A stretch of DNA of 64,000 nt from an uncultured Candidatus Binatia bacterium (GTDB lineage: Bacteria > Desulfobacterota > Binatia > UBA9968 > JAJDTQ01), in assembly GCA_964291295.2 (NCBI GenBank), contig OZ219754.1, forward strand, positions 448,001-512,000, given 5' to 3'. A model generated the notes under the pieces. The model saw only the letters and a list, made by a program, of their open reading frames with translations, did no database searches and was not told the DNA's origin. Position 1 is the stretch's first letter. Every line of letters starts with the position of its first letter. Of the stretch, positions 20,924 through 31,964 are shown piece after piece. The translations under genes and the position numbers were made by a program.

Positions 20924-23266
20924 CTACGGCCGGCCCCCCGACTTCCCGGCCTCCCTGAGCGCCTGGTGGATCCTTTCGGCGGTCAACGGCATGTCGCGCA
21001 CGCGCACGCCCACGGCATCCTCCACCGCGTTGGCCACGGCCGCGGCCACGGTCAGGGCGCCGGTCTCGCCGATGCCCTTGGCACCGAAGGGGCCGTCCCT
21101 GTGGGGCACCTCCACGACGATGGGGCGACAGGTGGCGGGCACATCCTTGATGGAGGCGATCTGGTAGTCCAGCAGGGAGCCGTTGAGAAGCTGTCCGTCC
21201 TGGAACACCATCTGCTCGAACAGCGTCAGCCCGAGGTGCATGGTGGCCGCCCCCACCAGTTGCTGCTCGCAGTATTTCGGATTGATGGCGGTGCCGGCAT
21301 CGCCCGCGGCGTGGAACTGCAGCACCTCCAGCCGGCCGGTCTCCGTGTCCACCTCCACCTCCACGGCGCTGGCGGCGGCGAACCAGTACTCGGTGCACTT
21401 CTCCGACAGGCCGGTCTCGGGGTCCATGGGTGTCACCCGCGGCTGACACAGGCCCTCCCCCACCATGGTGGTGCCGAGGCTTCCGAACCTGGCCAGAAAC
21501 GCCTCGGTCACGGTCATGCCGCGCTCCTCGGCGCCGCGCACGAACACGCGGCCGCCGCGGGATTCCAGGTCGGCGGCGTCGATCTCCAGTTTTCCGGCCA
21601 CGGCCTCGAACAGCTCCGCCTTCACCTTGGCCGCCGCCATGCGCACGGCGTTGCCCATGTGGTAGGTGGAGCGGCTGCCCGCACTGATGGTGTCGTAGGG
21701 GGTGACGTCGGTATCGGGCTGCACCACGTGCACCCGATCAAAAGGAATCCCCAGCTCCTCGGCGGCGATCTGGGACAGCAGGCTCTCGGAACCCTGGCCC
21801 ATCTCCACCGTGCTGCTGAGAACGTTGGCGCTGCCGTCGGCATTGAGGATGACGATGGCACCGGAAATGGACGGCGTGAGCACCGCCTTGACTCCGCAGG
21901 CGATGCCCTTGCCCCGGCACCGGGTGCCCGACCCCCGCTCCCCGGGCCGGTTCCACTCCACCGCATCGGCCGCCCGCCGCACCGCTTCCTTCAGGCCGCA
22001 GGCATGGACCGGCGTTCCGGTGACGAAGAGGTCGCCCTCTTCCAGCGCATGCTCCAGGCGGAACGCCACCGGATCCACGCCCAGGCCCCGGGCAACGATG
22101 TCCATCTGCGAGTCGTAGGCCCAGATCACCTGCGGCACGCCGAAGCCGCGGAACGGGCCGGCCGGCGGCTTGTTGGTGTAGATACAATAGGAGTCAATGG
22201 AAACGTTGGGAATCCGGTACGGCCCCGAGGACGTGTAGCCCGATTTGTGAACGATCCGCGGACCGATCTCGGCAAAGGCGCCGGTGTCCCAGTACACCTC
22301 GCACTTGCGCGCGGTCATGGCCGAACCCTTGACCGCGGTCTTGAGCTTCACCACCACGCCGTGCTTGGTAACGGTCTGGAACTCCTCTTCCCGGCTCAGG
22401 CTGTACTTCACCGGCCGGCCGGTCTTCATTGCCAGGAGCGCCACCAGCGGCTCGAGCTTGCTGTAGAGCTTGGCGCCATAGCCGCCGCCCAGGTACGGCA
22501 CGCGCACGCGGATGCGGTTCATGGGTACGCCCAGCATGCGCGCCAGCTCCCCCCGGACAAAGGACGGCGACTGGCTGGCGGTGTGGATGTTGATGCGGCC
22601 GCCCTCGTCCACCAAGGCCAGCGAGACGTGCGGCTCCATGGGCACGTGCTGGGCCGGCGGCGCCGTGAAGACATCCTCGAAGACACGGTCGGCGTCGGCA
22701 AAGGCCCTGTCCACGTCGCCCTTGCGGAGCTTGTAGTGGTAACAGATGTTGGATCGCTGGCCGGCCTTGACATGGGCGAGGTCGGCGAACGCTCCGGAGG
22801 GGCGAAGCTCCTCGTGGATGATGGGCGCGTCCGGCTTGATGGCGTCGAGCACGTCCAGCACCACCGGCAGCGGCTCGTACTCCACCGCCACCGCCTCCAG
22901 CGCCTGTTCCGCCGCGCGCCGGCTCTCCGCCGCCACCGCCGCCACCTGCTCGCCCTCGTGGCGCACCCGGTCGATGGCCAGCACCGGCTGGTCGGCGAAC
23001 GCCGGCCCGTGGAAGGGCGTGACGCCCGGCATGGCGGCGATGTCCGCGCCGGTGAGCACCGCCGCCACGCCCGGACTCGTCTCGGCCCGGGACTTGTCGA
23101 TACGGACGATGCGCGCGTGCGGATGCGGGCTCCTCAGCACCGCCACGTGCAACAGGCCGGGCGGCTCCAGGGTGCCCACGTGCAATGCCCGGCCCGTCAC
23201 CTTCTGGACGGCGTCCCGGCGATCGACCGACGTACCGACGATGTCAAGATCCGCCACCGATATCAC
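20924..23266 (-). CDS. Xanthine dehydrogenase family molybdopterin-binding large subunit
   Basis: RSPHPHARI, GGGYGAK, PFRGFG, EMGQG, GAKGIGE. Confidence 0.93.
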   Translation of the reverse strand: MISVADLDIVGTSVDRRDAVQKVTGRALHVGTLEPPGLLHVAVLRSPHPHARIVRIDKSRAETSPGVAAVLTGADIAAMPGVTPFHGPAFADQPVLAIDRVRHEGEQVAAVAAESRRAAEQALEAVAVEYEPLPVVLDVLDAIKPDAPIIHEELRPSGAFADLAHVKAGQRSNICYHYKLRKGDVDRAFADADRVFEDVFTAPPAQHVPMEPHVSLALVDEGGRINIHTASQSPSFVRGELARMLGVPMNRIRVRVPYLGGGYGAKLYSKLEPLVALLAMKTGRPVKYSLSREEEFQTVTKHGVVVKLKTAVKGSAMTARKCEVYWDTGAFAEIGPRIVHKSGYTSSGPYRIPNVSIDSYCIYTNKPPAGPFRGFGVPQVIWAYDSQMDIVARGLGVDPVAFRLEHALEEGDLFVTGTPVHACGLKEAVRRAADAVEWNRPGERGSGTRCRGKGIACGVKAVLTPSISGAIVILNADGSANVLSSTVEMGQGSESLLSQIAAEELGIPFDRVHVVQPDTDVTPYDTISAGSRSTYHMGNAVRMAAAKVKAELFEAVAGKLEIDAADLESRGGRVFVRGAEERGMTVTEAFLARFGSLGTTMVGEGLCQPRVTPMDPETGLSEKCTEYWFAAASAVEVEVDTETGRLEVLQFHAAGDAGTAINPKYCEQQLVGAATMHLGLTLFEQMVFQDGQLLNGSLLDYQIASIKDVPATCRPIVVEVPHRDGPFGAKGIGETGALTVAAAVANAVEDAVGVRVRDMPLTAERIHQALREAGKSGGRP

Positions 23267-23287
23267 CTCATGAAGAAGCGGCTCACG

Positions 23288-24157
23288 TCACGGAGAAGAG
23301 GCCGACCCGGCCAGCTCCCGCAACGTGCGCCTGACCAGCACGCGGGTCATCTCGCGCTTGTAGTCCGCGCTGCCGCGCAGGTCCGACACCGGCGAGAGCT
23401 GTCCGTCAAGGGTGTCGCAGACCGCATCCCAAAGCTCCTCGGAGCAGCTTTCTCCCCGGAACCGCTCCAGCCCGGCCGCCCGCAGCGGCGCCTCCGCCAC
23501 GCCGCTCAAGGCGATGCGCAGTTCGCTCAGACGGTCCCCGTCCAAGGAAAGGAACGCCGCCGCACCGACACACGGCCAATCGTTGGCCGACAGCGAACTG
23601 AACCGCGCGTAGGCCGTGCGGGCCGTCTCCGGCACGCGCGGTATCCGTATCTCCACCAATATCTCGCCGGGCTCCAGCACCGTCTCGTACATGCCCCGAT
23701 AGAACTTTCCGAGCGGCACGACCCGGGTTTCCCGGGCTCCCGCCAGCACCACCTCGGCATCGAGAACCAGCAGCACCGGGGGCGGATCCAGCCGGTAGTC
23801 CGCGTGGGCCAGATTGCCGCCCACGGACGCGGTCTCGCGGATGCGCACGTTGCCCACGTGACTGAACGCCCGGGCCAGGGCCGGCGCGCGCCGCTGTACC
23901 AGCGGCGACCGCTCCACCGAACGGTGCGTGGCCAACGCTCCGATGCTCAGGCCGCCGTCGGTGTCGGTGATTCTGTCCAGGCCCGCAATCGACTGCAGAT
24001 CCACCAGATGGGAGAAGCGAAGCGCCCGCTGCTTCATCAGGATCACCAGTGTGGTGCCGCCGGCAATGACGCGGGCGTCATCGCCGTGGTCGAGCAGCAT
24101 CCGGCTGGCTTCGGCCACGGTGTGCGGTTTCAGGAGGTCGAACGCTGGAATGGTCAT
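23288..24157 (-). CDS. Molybdo-hydroxylase FAD-binding medium subunit, CoxM-like
   Basis: IAGGTTL, IRETASVGGNLAHAD, DLRGSADYKR. Confidence 0.92.
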   Translation of the reverse strand: MTIPAFDLLKPHTVAEASRMLLDHGDDARVIAGGTTLVILMKQRALRFSHLVDLQSIAGLDRITDTDGGLSIGALATHRSVERSPLVQRRAPALARAFSHVGNVRIRETASVGGNLAHADYRLDPPPVLLVLDAEVVLAGARETRVVPLGKFYRGMYETVLEPGEILVEIRIPRVPETARTAYARFSSLSANDWPCVGAAAFLSLDGDRLSELRIALSGVAEAPLRAAGLERFRGESCSEELWDAVCDTLDGQLSPVSDLRGSADYKREMTRVLVRRTLRELAGSASSP

Positions 24158-24253
24158 GACGGTTCGGATGCCCGGCGATGGATGAGCCAGCCTCGGTCCA
24201 CCATATGATGCGGATTGGACACGGACCCGATGATTGGACACGATACGGATCGA

Positions 24254-24272
24254 ACCCGTGTCCGACACGGGT
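24254..24272. promoter_or_regulatory. Perfect palindrome upstream of the hydroxylase operon (candidate operator)
   Basis: ACCCGTGTC-C-GACACGGGT, ~100 bp upstream of the medium-subunit start. Confidence 0.35.
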
Positions 24273-24897
24273 CGGCGCCGCAACCAAGCTCCTGCAACGA
24301 GGCTCGAAGTGGAACTCGAAAAGAGCCCAAAGCGAAGCCACGAAGCGAGCCCCGAAACAAGACTCGACCGAGACCGGGAACGAAGCCCGGAACGAGACCC
24401 AAAACAAGGCCGGGAGCGAGGCTCGGAGCGATACCCCCGAGAAGGGCCAAAGCCTCGGACAGGTCCAGCGACGGCCCTGGCGCCAACCGCGGCGCGGGCT
24501 CCCGGTCCATGTCGGCGAGGGGCGACGCGTCAATCTGCGGGCGCCGTCCGAGTCCGAGCTTCGCCCATGGTCCGAGCTTCGCCCATTATTCTTCCCCCGC
24601 CCGTGATTGTCAATCTCGGTGCCGGGAACTCAGTGCCGGAATCGTGTCCGGCGAGGGGCGGCGCAGGCAGTTCCAGCGCGGCACGTCCAACGGTCCATCG
24701 GGAGCGGACTTCGTTGCCGGCGTGCCGGGTTTCGTACTCAAGAAGTCGCGGTCAAACTCCATGACGGCATACACGGCGGCACGGCGATCGTATGGAAGAC
24801 GGAAGACGCATGCGGCAACCCGGTGCTGGGCTCGGTGCTGCGCCCCCATGCGCCGGACCTTGCGGCGCGCCCGGGGCGCTGCAAGAATCAGACCCGG

Positions 24898-25497
24898 ATG
24901 ACCATCGGAATTCTGGCTTACGGTTCCCTGATACCGGATCCCGGAGCGGAGATCGGGCCGGTGACGGTGCGCCGCATCGCCGGCGTGGAGACGCCGTTCA
25001 GGATCGAGTTCGCCCGGAGCAGCCGCGTGCGCGACCGCGCGCCGACGCTGGTCCCGGTGGAGCGCGGTGGTGCCAGGGTCGGCGGGGTGGTGCTGGTGCT
25101 GCACGACTCGGTGACCGAAACCGCCGCCCGGGACATGCTCTACCGGCGGGAACGGAACCGGGCCGGCACCGCCGACGCCTACGCGGACCTGGATCCGGCC
25201 GACATCGACGGCGCCTTCCTCGGACGCCTGGACGGTTTCGCGGGACTGGACGCGGTGTTCCACGCCGCCCTCCGGGCGAACATCAAGAGGCCCACCCCCG
25301 GGTTGCTGGCGCGACTCGCCATCGCAAGCGCCGCGGCGCCCGCGGGCGCGGCCCGGCGCGACGGTATCCGCTATCTCATGGACGCCCGGGCGAGCGGCAT
25401 CGCCACGCCTCTCATGCCGGCGTACGAGGCGGAAATCCTGCGCCTGACCGGCGCCCGGAATCTGGAGGAGGCACGCGCCATCGCCCGCAAAGGGTAG
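24898..25497 (+). CDS. Gamma-glutamylcyclotransferase/ChaC-like protein
   Basis: N-terminal ILAYGSL motif, FARSS...RAPTL. Confidence 0.6.
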   Translation: MTIGILAYGSLIPDPGAEIGPVTVRRIAGVETPFRIEFARSSRVRDRAPTLVPVERGGARVGGVVLVLHDSVTETAARDMLYRRERNRAGTADAYADLDPADIDGAFLGRLDGFAGLDAVFHAALRANIKRPTPGLLARLAIASAAAPAGAARRDGIRYLMDARASGIATPLMPAYEAEILRLTGARNLEEARAIARKG

Positions 25498-25713
25498 CCC
25501 GGCAACTCCGGAATCCGGGGACGGGGGCATGCCCCGCCCGTGAGCCGCGGGCCAGGAGCCCGGCGAACGGGTCCGCCCCCCGGCGGCCGATTTGATTTCA
25601 AGAACTGAATTCAGAGCCTTTACGAGGCCACCTCACCGTCAAGGACGTCAGCGCCGCTCTGGCCCAACCCCACGCCTCCACCGCCCCGTCCGACCCCGCT
25701 ACGCACTGAACCT

Positions 25714-25736
25714 GAAAATACTCATGGAGTATTTTC
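25714..25736. other. AT-rich perfect inverted repeat (terminator or protein-binding site)
   Basis: GAAAATACTC-ATG-GAGTATTTTC between convergent genes. Confidence 0.4.
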
Positions 25737-25795
25737 GCGAATACGGGCGTAATCCCGCGGTTCCCGGTTGATGGATCAATCGGGGTTCTCCCGGG

Positions 25796-28081
25796 TTATC
25801 CGAAATCGAAGTCCCCGGCATCCACTTCGGTTACGGCTTGAAGCACGATCAGGCCGCCGCCCACATCCATCAGGTCGAGGGTCGTTTGACCCGATTCCAC
25901 GGTTATTCTGCTTTGGATATCGCTGAAGTCGTCCACGCCCACGAAGCCGAACAGTTGAATGGTGTCTCCGCCGCTGAAATCCCCGATCGTGTCGCGGTCC
26001 CCACTGCTGGAGGAGTCGTTGGTGAAAACGAAGGTATCGTCGCCAAGGAGGCCGTAGAGCCTGTCGTCGCCATCGCCGCCGTGGAGCTCGTCGTTGCCGC
26101 GGCCGCCGAAGAGTTCGTCGTTGCCATCGCCGCCGTAGAGCTCGTCGTTGCCATCGCCGCCGTGGAGCTCGTCGTTGCCATCGCCGCCGTGGAGCTCATC
26201 GTTGCCATCGCCGCCGTAGAGCTCATCGTTGCCATCGCCGCCAGTCAGGATGTCGTCGCCATCGCCGCCGTCCAGGGAGAGGCCGGCGGACTCGCCGCTG
26301 CCGAATCTGAAGTTGCTGTCGTCAAGGGAGTCCAACGACACGCCTTTCAAGGCAAGGGTGACAGATCCGAATGGGAGGTCGTCGGAGATGACGGTATCAT
26401 CACCGACCTGCTTGATGGTCAGATCCTCCCTGCCGATACCGTCGAACCGAATCATGTCGTCCGCCTCGAAATCGGTGATGACATCGTTGTCTCCGAGATG
26501 CCCGAACAGGAAGGTATCGGAGCCCTTGCCGCCCGTCAGGGTATCGTCGCCATGGCCGCCGTCCAAAGTGTCGTCACCCTTGCCGCCATACAGCGTGTCG
26601 TCGCCGTAGTTTCCGTAGAGGGTATCGCCGTCCTTGCGGCCATACAGGACATCATCGCCACGGCCGCCGTCCAGGGTGTCGCCACCCCTGCCGCCATACA
26701 GCCTATCGTCGCCGGCACCGCCATCCAGCGTGTCGTCGCCCTTCCGGCCATGCAGGACGTTGTCGTCGTGGTCACCCTCCTGGGTGTTGTCATCGTCGTC
26801 GCCATCCTGCGGAGCACTGTCAGCGGGAAGAAAACTGAAGTCGTCCTGGTCGAGGGAGTCCGCCGACACATTCATCAGCCTGATCTTGTCGCCGCCCCCG
26901 AAGCGGATGAGGGTATGGCCTTCCCGCTGCTCGATATCGAGTGTCTCGAAACCGCCGGAGACCCCGACGAGGCGAAGCGTGTCGCCTTCCTCGAAATCGT
27001 CAACCGTGTCGTATATGCCGCCCCCTGCCTTGAACACGAAAATATCGGCGCCGCCGCCGCCATTCAGGGTGTCATCGCCATTACCGCCATTCAGAATGTC
27101 GTTGCCATCGCCGCCGTGCAGGGAATCGTTGCCGGCGCCGCCCTTCAAGGTGTCGTTGCCGTAGCCACCCTTCAGGGTGTCGTTGCCTGAGCCGCCGTGC
27201 AGGGCGTCGTCGCCCCTGCCACCATCCAGAGTGTCGTTGCCCGAACCGCCGTGCAGGGTGTCGTCGCCCCTGCCACCCTCCAGAGCGTCGTCACCCGAGC
27301 CACCGTGCAGGGTGTCGTCGCCCCTGCCGCCGCTCAGGGTGTCGTCGCCATGGTAGCCCTTTTGCGTGCGACCGGCGCCCGCACCCGCGTCATCCCTGCC
27401 ATCGTCCGGAGCAGTCGTTGCCCTCTGGCCGGTACTTGTGCCGGCCGGCGTGTTGGGAGCCTGACTCGCACCGTATAACGGAGTGCTTTCGCCGGCGTCG
27501 GGAAGCAGGAAGTCGTCTGCGCCCAGGGAGTCCGCCGACACACGCGACAGTCTGATCGTGTCGCCGTTGCCGTAGCGGACGACGGTGTCGGCGCCGTCCT
27601 GACGGATATCGAGCGCCTCGAAGCCGGTGGAGACCCCATTGAGACGAATCCTGTCGCCCTCCCCGAAATCGCCGACCGTATCGCTTCCGTCTCCCGCCCG
27701 GAACACAAAGGTGTCGTTTCCCTGGCCCCCGTACAGGGTGTCGTTGTTCACGCCGCCGTTCAGGGTGTCGTCGCCGGCACCCCCGTACAGGTGGTCAACG
27801 CCGGCGCCGCCATCAAGCCCGTCATTGCCGTCCTCGCCCCAGAGCCAGTCGTCGCCGTCGCCGCCCTCCACAAGAGTGTCGTCGCCGCTGCCGGCGTAAA
27901 GCCAGTCGACGCCGTCGCCGCCGGTCAGGGTGTCGCCGCCGTCGCCTCCGTACAGGATGTCGTTCCCCGAGCCGCCATCCAGGGTGTCATCCCCGGCACC
28001 GCCATCGAGGGTGTCGTTGCCCGACCCGCCAACCAAGGCATCGTCGCCGGCACCGCCGGTCCGTGAAATATCCTGCGCCAT
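25796..28081 (-). CDS. RTX-repeat (hemolysin-type Ca-binding) secreted protein, 761 aa
   Basis: Many GGxGxDxLx nonamers, four D-x-I/V-x-DF capping modules, C-terminal DFDFG; RBS AAGGAG. Confidence 0.92.
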   Translation of the reverse strand: MAQDISRTGGAGDDALVGGSGNDTLDGGAGDDTLDGGSGNDILYGGDGGDTLTGGDGVDWLYAGSGDDTLVEGGDGDDWLWGEDGNDGLDGGAGVDHLYGGAGDDTLNGGVNNDTLYGGQGNDTFVFRAGDGSDTVGDFGEGDRIRLNGVSTGFEALDIRQDGADTVVRYGNGDTIRLSRVSADSLGADDFLLPDAGESTPLYGASQAPNTPAGTSTGQRATTAPDDGRDDAGAGAGRTQKGYHGDDTLSGGRGDDTLHGGSGDDALEGGRGDDTLHGGSGNDTLDGGRGDDALHGGSGNDTLKGGYGNDTLKGGAGNDSLHGGDGNDILNGGNGDDTLNGGGGADIFVFKAGGGIYDTVDDFEEGDTLRLVGVSGGFETLDIEQREGHTLIRFGGGDKIRLMNVSADSLDQDDFSFLPADSAPQDGDDDDNTQEGDHDDNVLHGRKGDDTLDGGAGDDRLYGGRGGDTLDGGRGDDVLYGRKDGDTLYGNYGDDTLYGGKGDDTLDGGHGDDTLTGGKGSDTFLFGHLGDNDVITDFEADDMIRFDGIGREDLTIKQVGDDTVISDDLPFGSVTLALKGVSLDSLDDSNFRFGSGESAGLSLDGGDGDDILTGGDGNDELYGGDGNDELHGGDGNDELHGGDGNDELYGGDGNDELFGGRGNDELHGGDGDDRLYGLLGDDTFVFTNDSSSSGDRDTIGDFSGGDTIQLFGFVGVDDFSDIQSRITVESGQTTLDLMDVGGGLIVLQAVTEVDAGDFDFG

Positions 28082-28245
28082 TGTTGTTTCGTCTCCTTGT
28101 AAGCTGTATGGAGGTAAAATCTGCCTGTCCGCGGCACGGATGGACCAGCGGAGGCCTGATCAACCGCCGGCCGGGATCGTTTCCAGCATCGCTTTTCAGG
28201 GTGTCCGTGTCATCGCCGGCACCGCCACGCTACCTGTGCGAATGA

Positions 28246-28274
28246 AGGTTACCCCCGCCCTCCATTTTTTTCAA
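28246..28274 (-). promoter_or_regulatory. Putative sigma70 promoter of the first RTX gene
   Basis: TTGAAA-17 bp (AAAATGGAGGGCGGGGG)-TAACCT on the minus strand. Confidence 0.5.
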
Positions 28275-28717
28275 GCGCGCCCACTTGATCTTGACGACCC
28301 TGCAGGGACAGGAGCCGAGGTCCGAGCCGCAGCTGTCGTCGCACAGGTCGCCCCGGCCACAGACGCCGCCGGGCCATATCCTTGTGGCGGACGAAGGACC
28401 GGAACGCCCTCCGGCAGGGTGCGGACGAGGGCATCGTGGCCACAGCAGGACCGGATCGACAGGGACCGACAGGGCCTCGGGGTAGCGCGCGGCACCCAAG
28501 CATCCTCGTGCGCGACGCTGCGGCGGTAGCGCATCGACTCGTAACGTGGATCGCCTCGGCCAGTGGCGCGTGGTAGTGGCACCAGACCCGGAACGGATAC
28601 GGCAGCACCTTGTCGGCGAGTGACGGGCGAAGCCGGTGGTGGTGATGAATCGTCTCGCCAGCGGTGGCGCGGCCGAGCAGCGCGCGCAGCCGCACCCCCG
28701 GCCTTCAAGCGGCAGTG

Positions 28718-30163
28718 TCAGCTGAATGCGGGTTTTTCCCCGGGATAGTGCGCTTCCATGGCCGGGCGGTAACGCTCCATGAGCGCGCGGTTGAGCTCCA
28801 GCGGCGGCTGCTGGTCCTCGGGCAGGAGCGGCCGGTACACCACGTCGCCGATCTCTTCCCTGAACGTCTGCGCGGCCCGCGCCACCAGTCGCGGATCCAC
28901 CAGCAGGTCCACGGCGGTGGCGGCCAGGGTCTTGGCTCCGGCCACGGCTCCCTTGTGGGCAATGGATGTGGCCAGCGAAACGCCCGCGCCCCAGTGGTGG
29001 TAGGCGATGCCCGGGATGTTGGACGGAAAGTTCACCACGCCCGACGGCACCACCCAGCAGACGTCGCCGGAGTCGTTGGCGGACACGGACTGCACCGCCT
29101 CCCGGAGCGGCGCCACCTGATCGGGCATTCCGGTGGCCTTGACCTGAACCTTGGCCTGCAGTTCGGTGACGAGCTTCTGCTCGGCGTCGGTCCACCGCGG
29201 CATGCCCACCGCCTCGATGTTGTTCTGGATCACCTCCGCCAGGGTGCGGTTGCACCGGGTGGGGGCCACCGCGCTCAGCACATTCACCGAGTACGACGTG
29301 TCGGTCATGGTGGCGGCGCCCTGGGCGATGCGCCGGGCCTTCTCGAACAGGGCCCGGGCCTTCTCGGCGGTGGCCTCGCGGAAGAACCACCAGATGGTGG
29401 AGGTGTTGGGGATGACGTTGGGCTGGTCGCCGCCGTTGCTGATGACCCGGTGGCTGCGCTGGGTAGGCTCCAGGTGCTCCCGCAACTTGTCCCAGCCCAC
29501 ATCCATCAGCACCGCCGCGTCCAGGGCGTCGCGGGCGTTCCAGGGCGCGGTGGCCGCGTGGGCGCTCTCGCCCCGAAAGGTGAACTCGGCGGAGATGAGC
29601 GCGTACTGCCGCAGGCCGTACACCGTCCCCAGGTTGGAACCGATGTGATCGTGCAGCGCCGCGTCCACATCCTTGAAGTAGCCGTCGCGCACGAAGTAGG
29701 GGCGGCTCACGAGCTGCTCCTCGGCCGGCGCGCCGTAGACCCGCAGGGTCCCCTCGATCCCGAACCGCTCCATGGTCTTCTTGACCGCGACCGCGGCGCC
29801 GATCATCACCGCGGCGTTGACGTTGTGCCCTTCGGTGTGTCCCGGCGCGCCGTCGACGATGGGCTTCCGCTCGGTCACGCCCGCCATCTGGGAACTCGAC
29901 GGGGTGGCGTCGAACTCCGTGTGCAGCGCCACCACCGGCTTGCCCGATCCGCAGGTGGCGATGAAGGCCGTGGGCATCCCCGAGATATTCCTCTCGATCT
30001 CGAACCCGGCCCGCTCCAGAATATCGGTCATCAGCCCGGTGGTGCGGAACTCCTGCATCCCCAGTTCCGCGAAATAGAAGATGTTGTCCCCGAGAAGCGC
30101 AATGTTGCGCCGGTTCTCCTCGACGACATCAATGACAAACTGCTTCTGCTTCGAAACGGCCAT
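28718..30163 (-). CDS. M20 amidohydrolase (AbgB-like)
   Basis: AELGMQEF, EFDA, GHTEGHN, PAEE, GESAHA..PW..RDALDA; RBS GGAGG. Confidence 0.9.
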   Translation of the reverse strand: MAVSKQKQFVIDVVEENRRNIALLGDNIFYFAELGMQEFRTTGLMTDILERAGFEIERNISGMPTAFIATCGSGKPVVALHTEFDATPSSSQMAGVTERKPIVDGAPGHTEGHNVNAAVMIGAAVAVKKTMERFGIEGTLRVYGAPAEEQLVSRPYFVRDGYFKDVDAALHDHIGSNLGTVYGLRQYALISAEFTFRGESAHAATAPWNARDALDAAVLMDVGWDKLREHLEPTQRSHRVISNGGDQPNVIPNTSTIWWFFREATAEKARALFEKARRIAQGAATMTDTSYSVNVLSAVAPTRCNRTLAEVIQNNIEAVGMPRWTDAEQKLVTELQAKVQVKATGMPDQVAPLREAVQSVSANDSGDVCWVVPSGVVNFPSNIPGIAYHHWGAGVSLATSIAHKGAVAGAKTLAATAVDLLVDPRLVARAAQTFREEIGDVVYRPLLPEDQQPPLELNRALMERYRPAMEAHYPGEKPAFS

Positions 30164-30312
30164 GGTTCCTCCCCCGGAGGCGGCGCGAACGCCCACCCCG
30201 TCCATCTGTCCGAAATGACGTCCCGCGATGATATTACAGGGCGTCCGGCGAGTCGAGGCACCGCGCCCGTGCTGTCTTGCCCGGAAGTACCGGACACGAT
30301 AAGGTCGCTTCC

Positions 30313-31770
30313 ATGGCCGCGAACCGACCGGTGGCAAGGGACGCCGCCACCGCTCTCGCCCACACCCCGGGGCTGGTCCGTTACGGCTCGAAGCCGTTTC
30401 GGGAAGCCAGGGCGCGGCCGGAGTTCGCCGGAGAGCTCGCGCGCGCCTTGTGGAGTTGCGACGAAGCCCGCCGCTATCTGCCCAACCAGGTTTTCATCGG
30501 CAGCCAGCCGCCCACCCGTCTGTGGGAGGTGGAGCAGCCGTGGTTCGACAAGCTGGCCGAAACAGACGGCGGAGAGCCTCCCTTCGGCCACATCATCGAG
30601 GAACGCCGCTTCCTCGCCCTGCTGGCCTGTGCCGACCCGTTCAGGCACGTGCGGCTGCGGGAACGGTTCTGGGAGGAAACGGCGCCGCTGCTGTCGGCCT
30701 CGCCGCTCACCGCGCCGCTGGCCTCGCGCGCACCCCTGCTTCTCGCCGACGCCCGGCTGGACGCGGAACTGGAGGCCGCCGGCGCCCTGCCGCTGCTGGC
30801 CGGCGGCGAAGATGCGCCCGCGGGCGTCGTCAGGACAGGCCATTCCGAGGACGAGGCGCTGGCCGCGCTGGTGCTGCTGGAGAATCTCTGCTGCAAGGTG
30901 TCGGGCGCCCTTGCCCTGCGCGGGTTGTTCGACCGCGCCGGCGGCCTGCGTCCGAGCGATGTCGACCTCGTGCTGAGCTGCTCGGAAGAGGCTGTCGGCG
31001 ACCGCTACCAGCGCGGCGGCGGCAACATGGCCAAGGCCATCGCCGAGTTCGCCGGCTGCGACCGCAGCACGGGCATCGACATCAAGGACTTCTGCGCCGC
31101 CCCCGTTCCCGCCATGGTCATCGCCGCCTCGCTGGTGGAGAGCGGGGTCTTCGACAACGTGGTGGTGGTGGGCGGCGGATCGCTTCCCAAGCTCGGCATG
31201 AAGTCACTGTACCAGTTGGAGCAGGGCATGCCGGTGCTGGAGGATGTGCTGGCCGCGGTGGCCGTGTGGATCGGACGCGACGACGGCCACAGCCCGGTGC
31301 TGAATCTGCGGGGCGTCGGCCGCCATCCCGTCCGGGCCGGAACCGGCCTCGACAAGCAGTTCCGGGAACTGGTCCTGGAACCGCTGCGGCGGTTGGAATG
31401 GGGCGTGGACCGGCTCGACCGGGTCGTGACCGAACTGCACAATCCGGACATCATGGTGTCCGCCAGGGGCGGCGACGTGGCGGCCCGGAACTACAGGATG
31501 ATGGCCGCCGTGCTGGCGGCGGCCGGGGAGATCCACCGGAGCGACATCGCCGGCTTCGCGCGCGCCAAGGGAGTGCGCGGCTATGCCCCCACCCAGGGGC
31601 ACATCGCCTCGGGCTTCGTCTACGTGCCCCACGCCCTTCGGGAGATGGCCGCCGGCACCATCCGCAACTGCATGCTGGTGGCCCGCGCCAGCCTGTTCCT
31701 CGGCCAGATGACCGAACTGACCGACGGCATGTCCGTGCTGATGGAAACGGCGGATGGCGCAAGATCGTGA
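30313..31770 (+). CDS. grdC: Glycine/sarcosine/betaine reductase component C subunit beta
   Basis: CSEEAVGDRYQRGGGNMAKAIAE, FCAAP, GGGSLPKLGM, APTQGHIASG, SLFLGQMTELTDGMS. Confidence 0.9.
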   Translation: MAANRPVARDAATALAHTPGLVRYGSKPFREARARPEFAGELARALWSCDEARRYLPNQVFIGSQPPTRLWEVEQPWFDKLAETDGGEPPFGHIIEERRFLALLACADPFRHVRLRERFWEETAPLLSASPLTAPLASRAPLLLADARLDAELEAAGALPLLAGGEDAPAGVVRTGHSEDEALAALVLLENLCCKVSGALALRGLFDRAGGLRPSDVDLVLSCSEEAVGDRYQRGGGNMAKAIAEFAGCDRSTGIDIKDFCAAPVPAMVIAASLVESGVFDNVVVVGGGSLPKLGMKSLYQLEQGMPVLEDVLAAVAVWIGRDDGHSPVLNLRGVGRHPVRAGTGLDKQFRELVLEPLRRLEWGVDRLDRVVTELHNPDIMVSARGGDVAARNYRMMAAVLAAAGEIHRSDIAGFARAKGVRGYAPTQGHIASGFVYVPHALREMAAGTIRNCMLVARASLFLGQMTELTDGMSVLMETADGARS

Positions 31771-31964
31771 CCGGCCGTGCGTATCGGTCGGCCGTGCATA
31801 TCGAACTTTCGTGTCAAACTTGCGGACCCGGGAGGGTATCCGGAAGAGTATCGGGAAGAGAGTATCCAGGAAGCGTATCGGAAAAAACAAGCGTATCCGC
31901 AACGACTCTTAACGACGCTTTCAGAAAGTGCCCCCGAAAAGCGGACAAAAACCAGGAGAAGGCC

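Noticed and set aside
20924-23266. Aerobic CO dehydrogenase (coxL)
   Set aside because: The active-site loop is PFRGFG, not AYxCSFR, so it is a generic xanthine-dehydrogenase-family enzyme.
20222-24208. Long opposite-strand ORFs (1328 aa here; also 28664-30976, 32448-34949, 35693-38236, 51595-54555)
   Set aside because: These are antisense shadows of well-supported genes in high-GC DNA, with no recognisable motifs.
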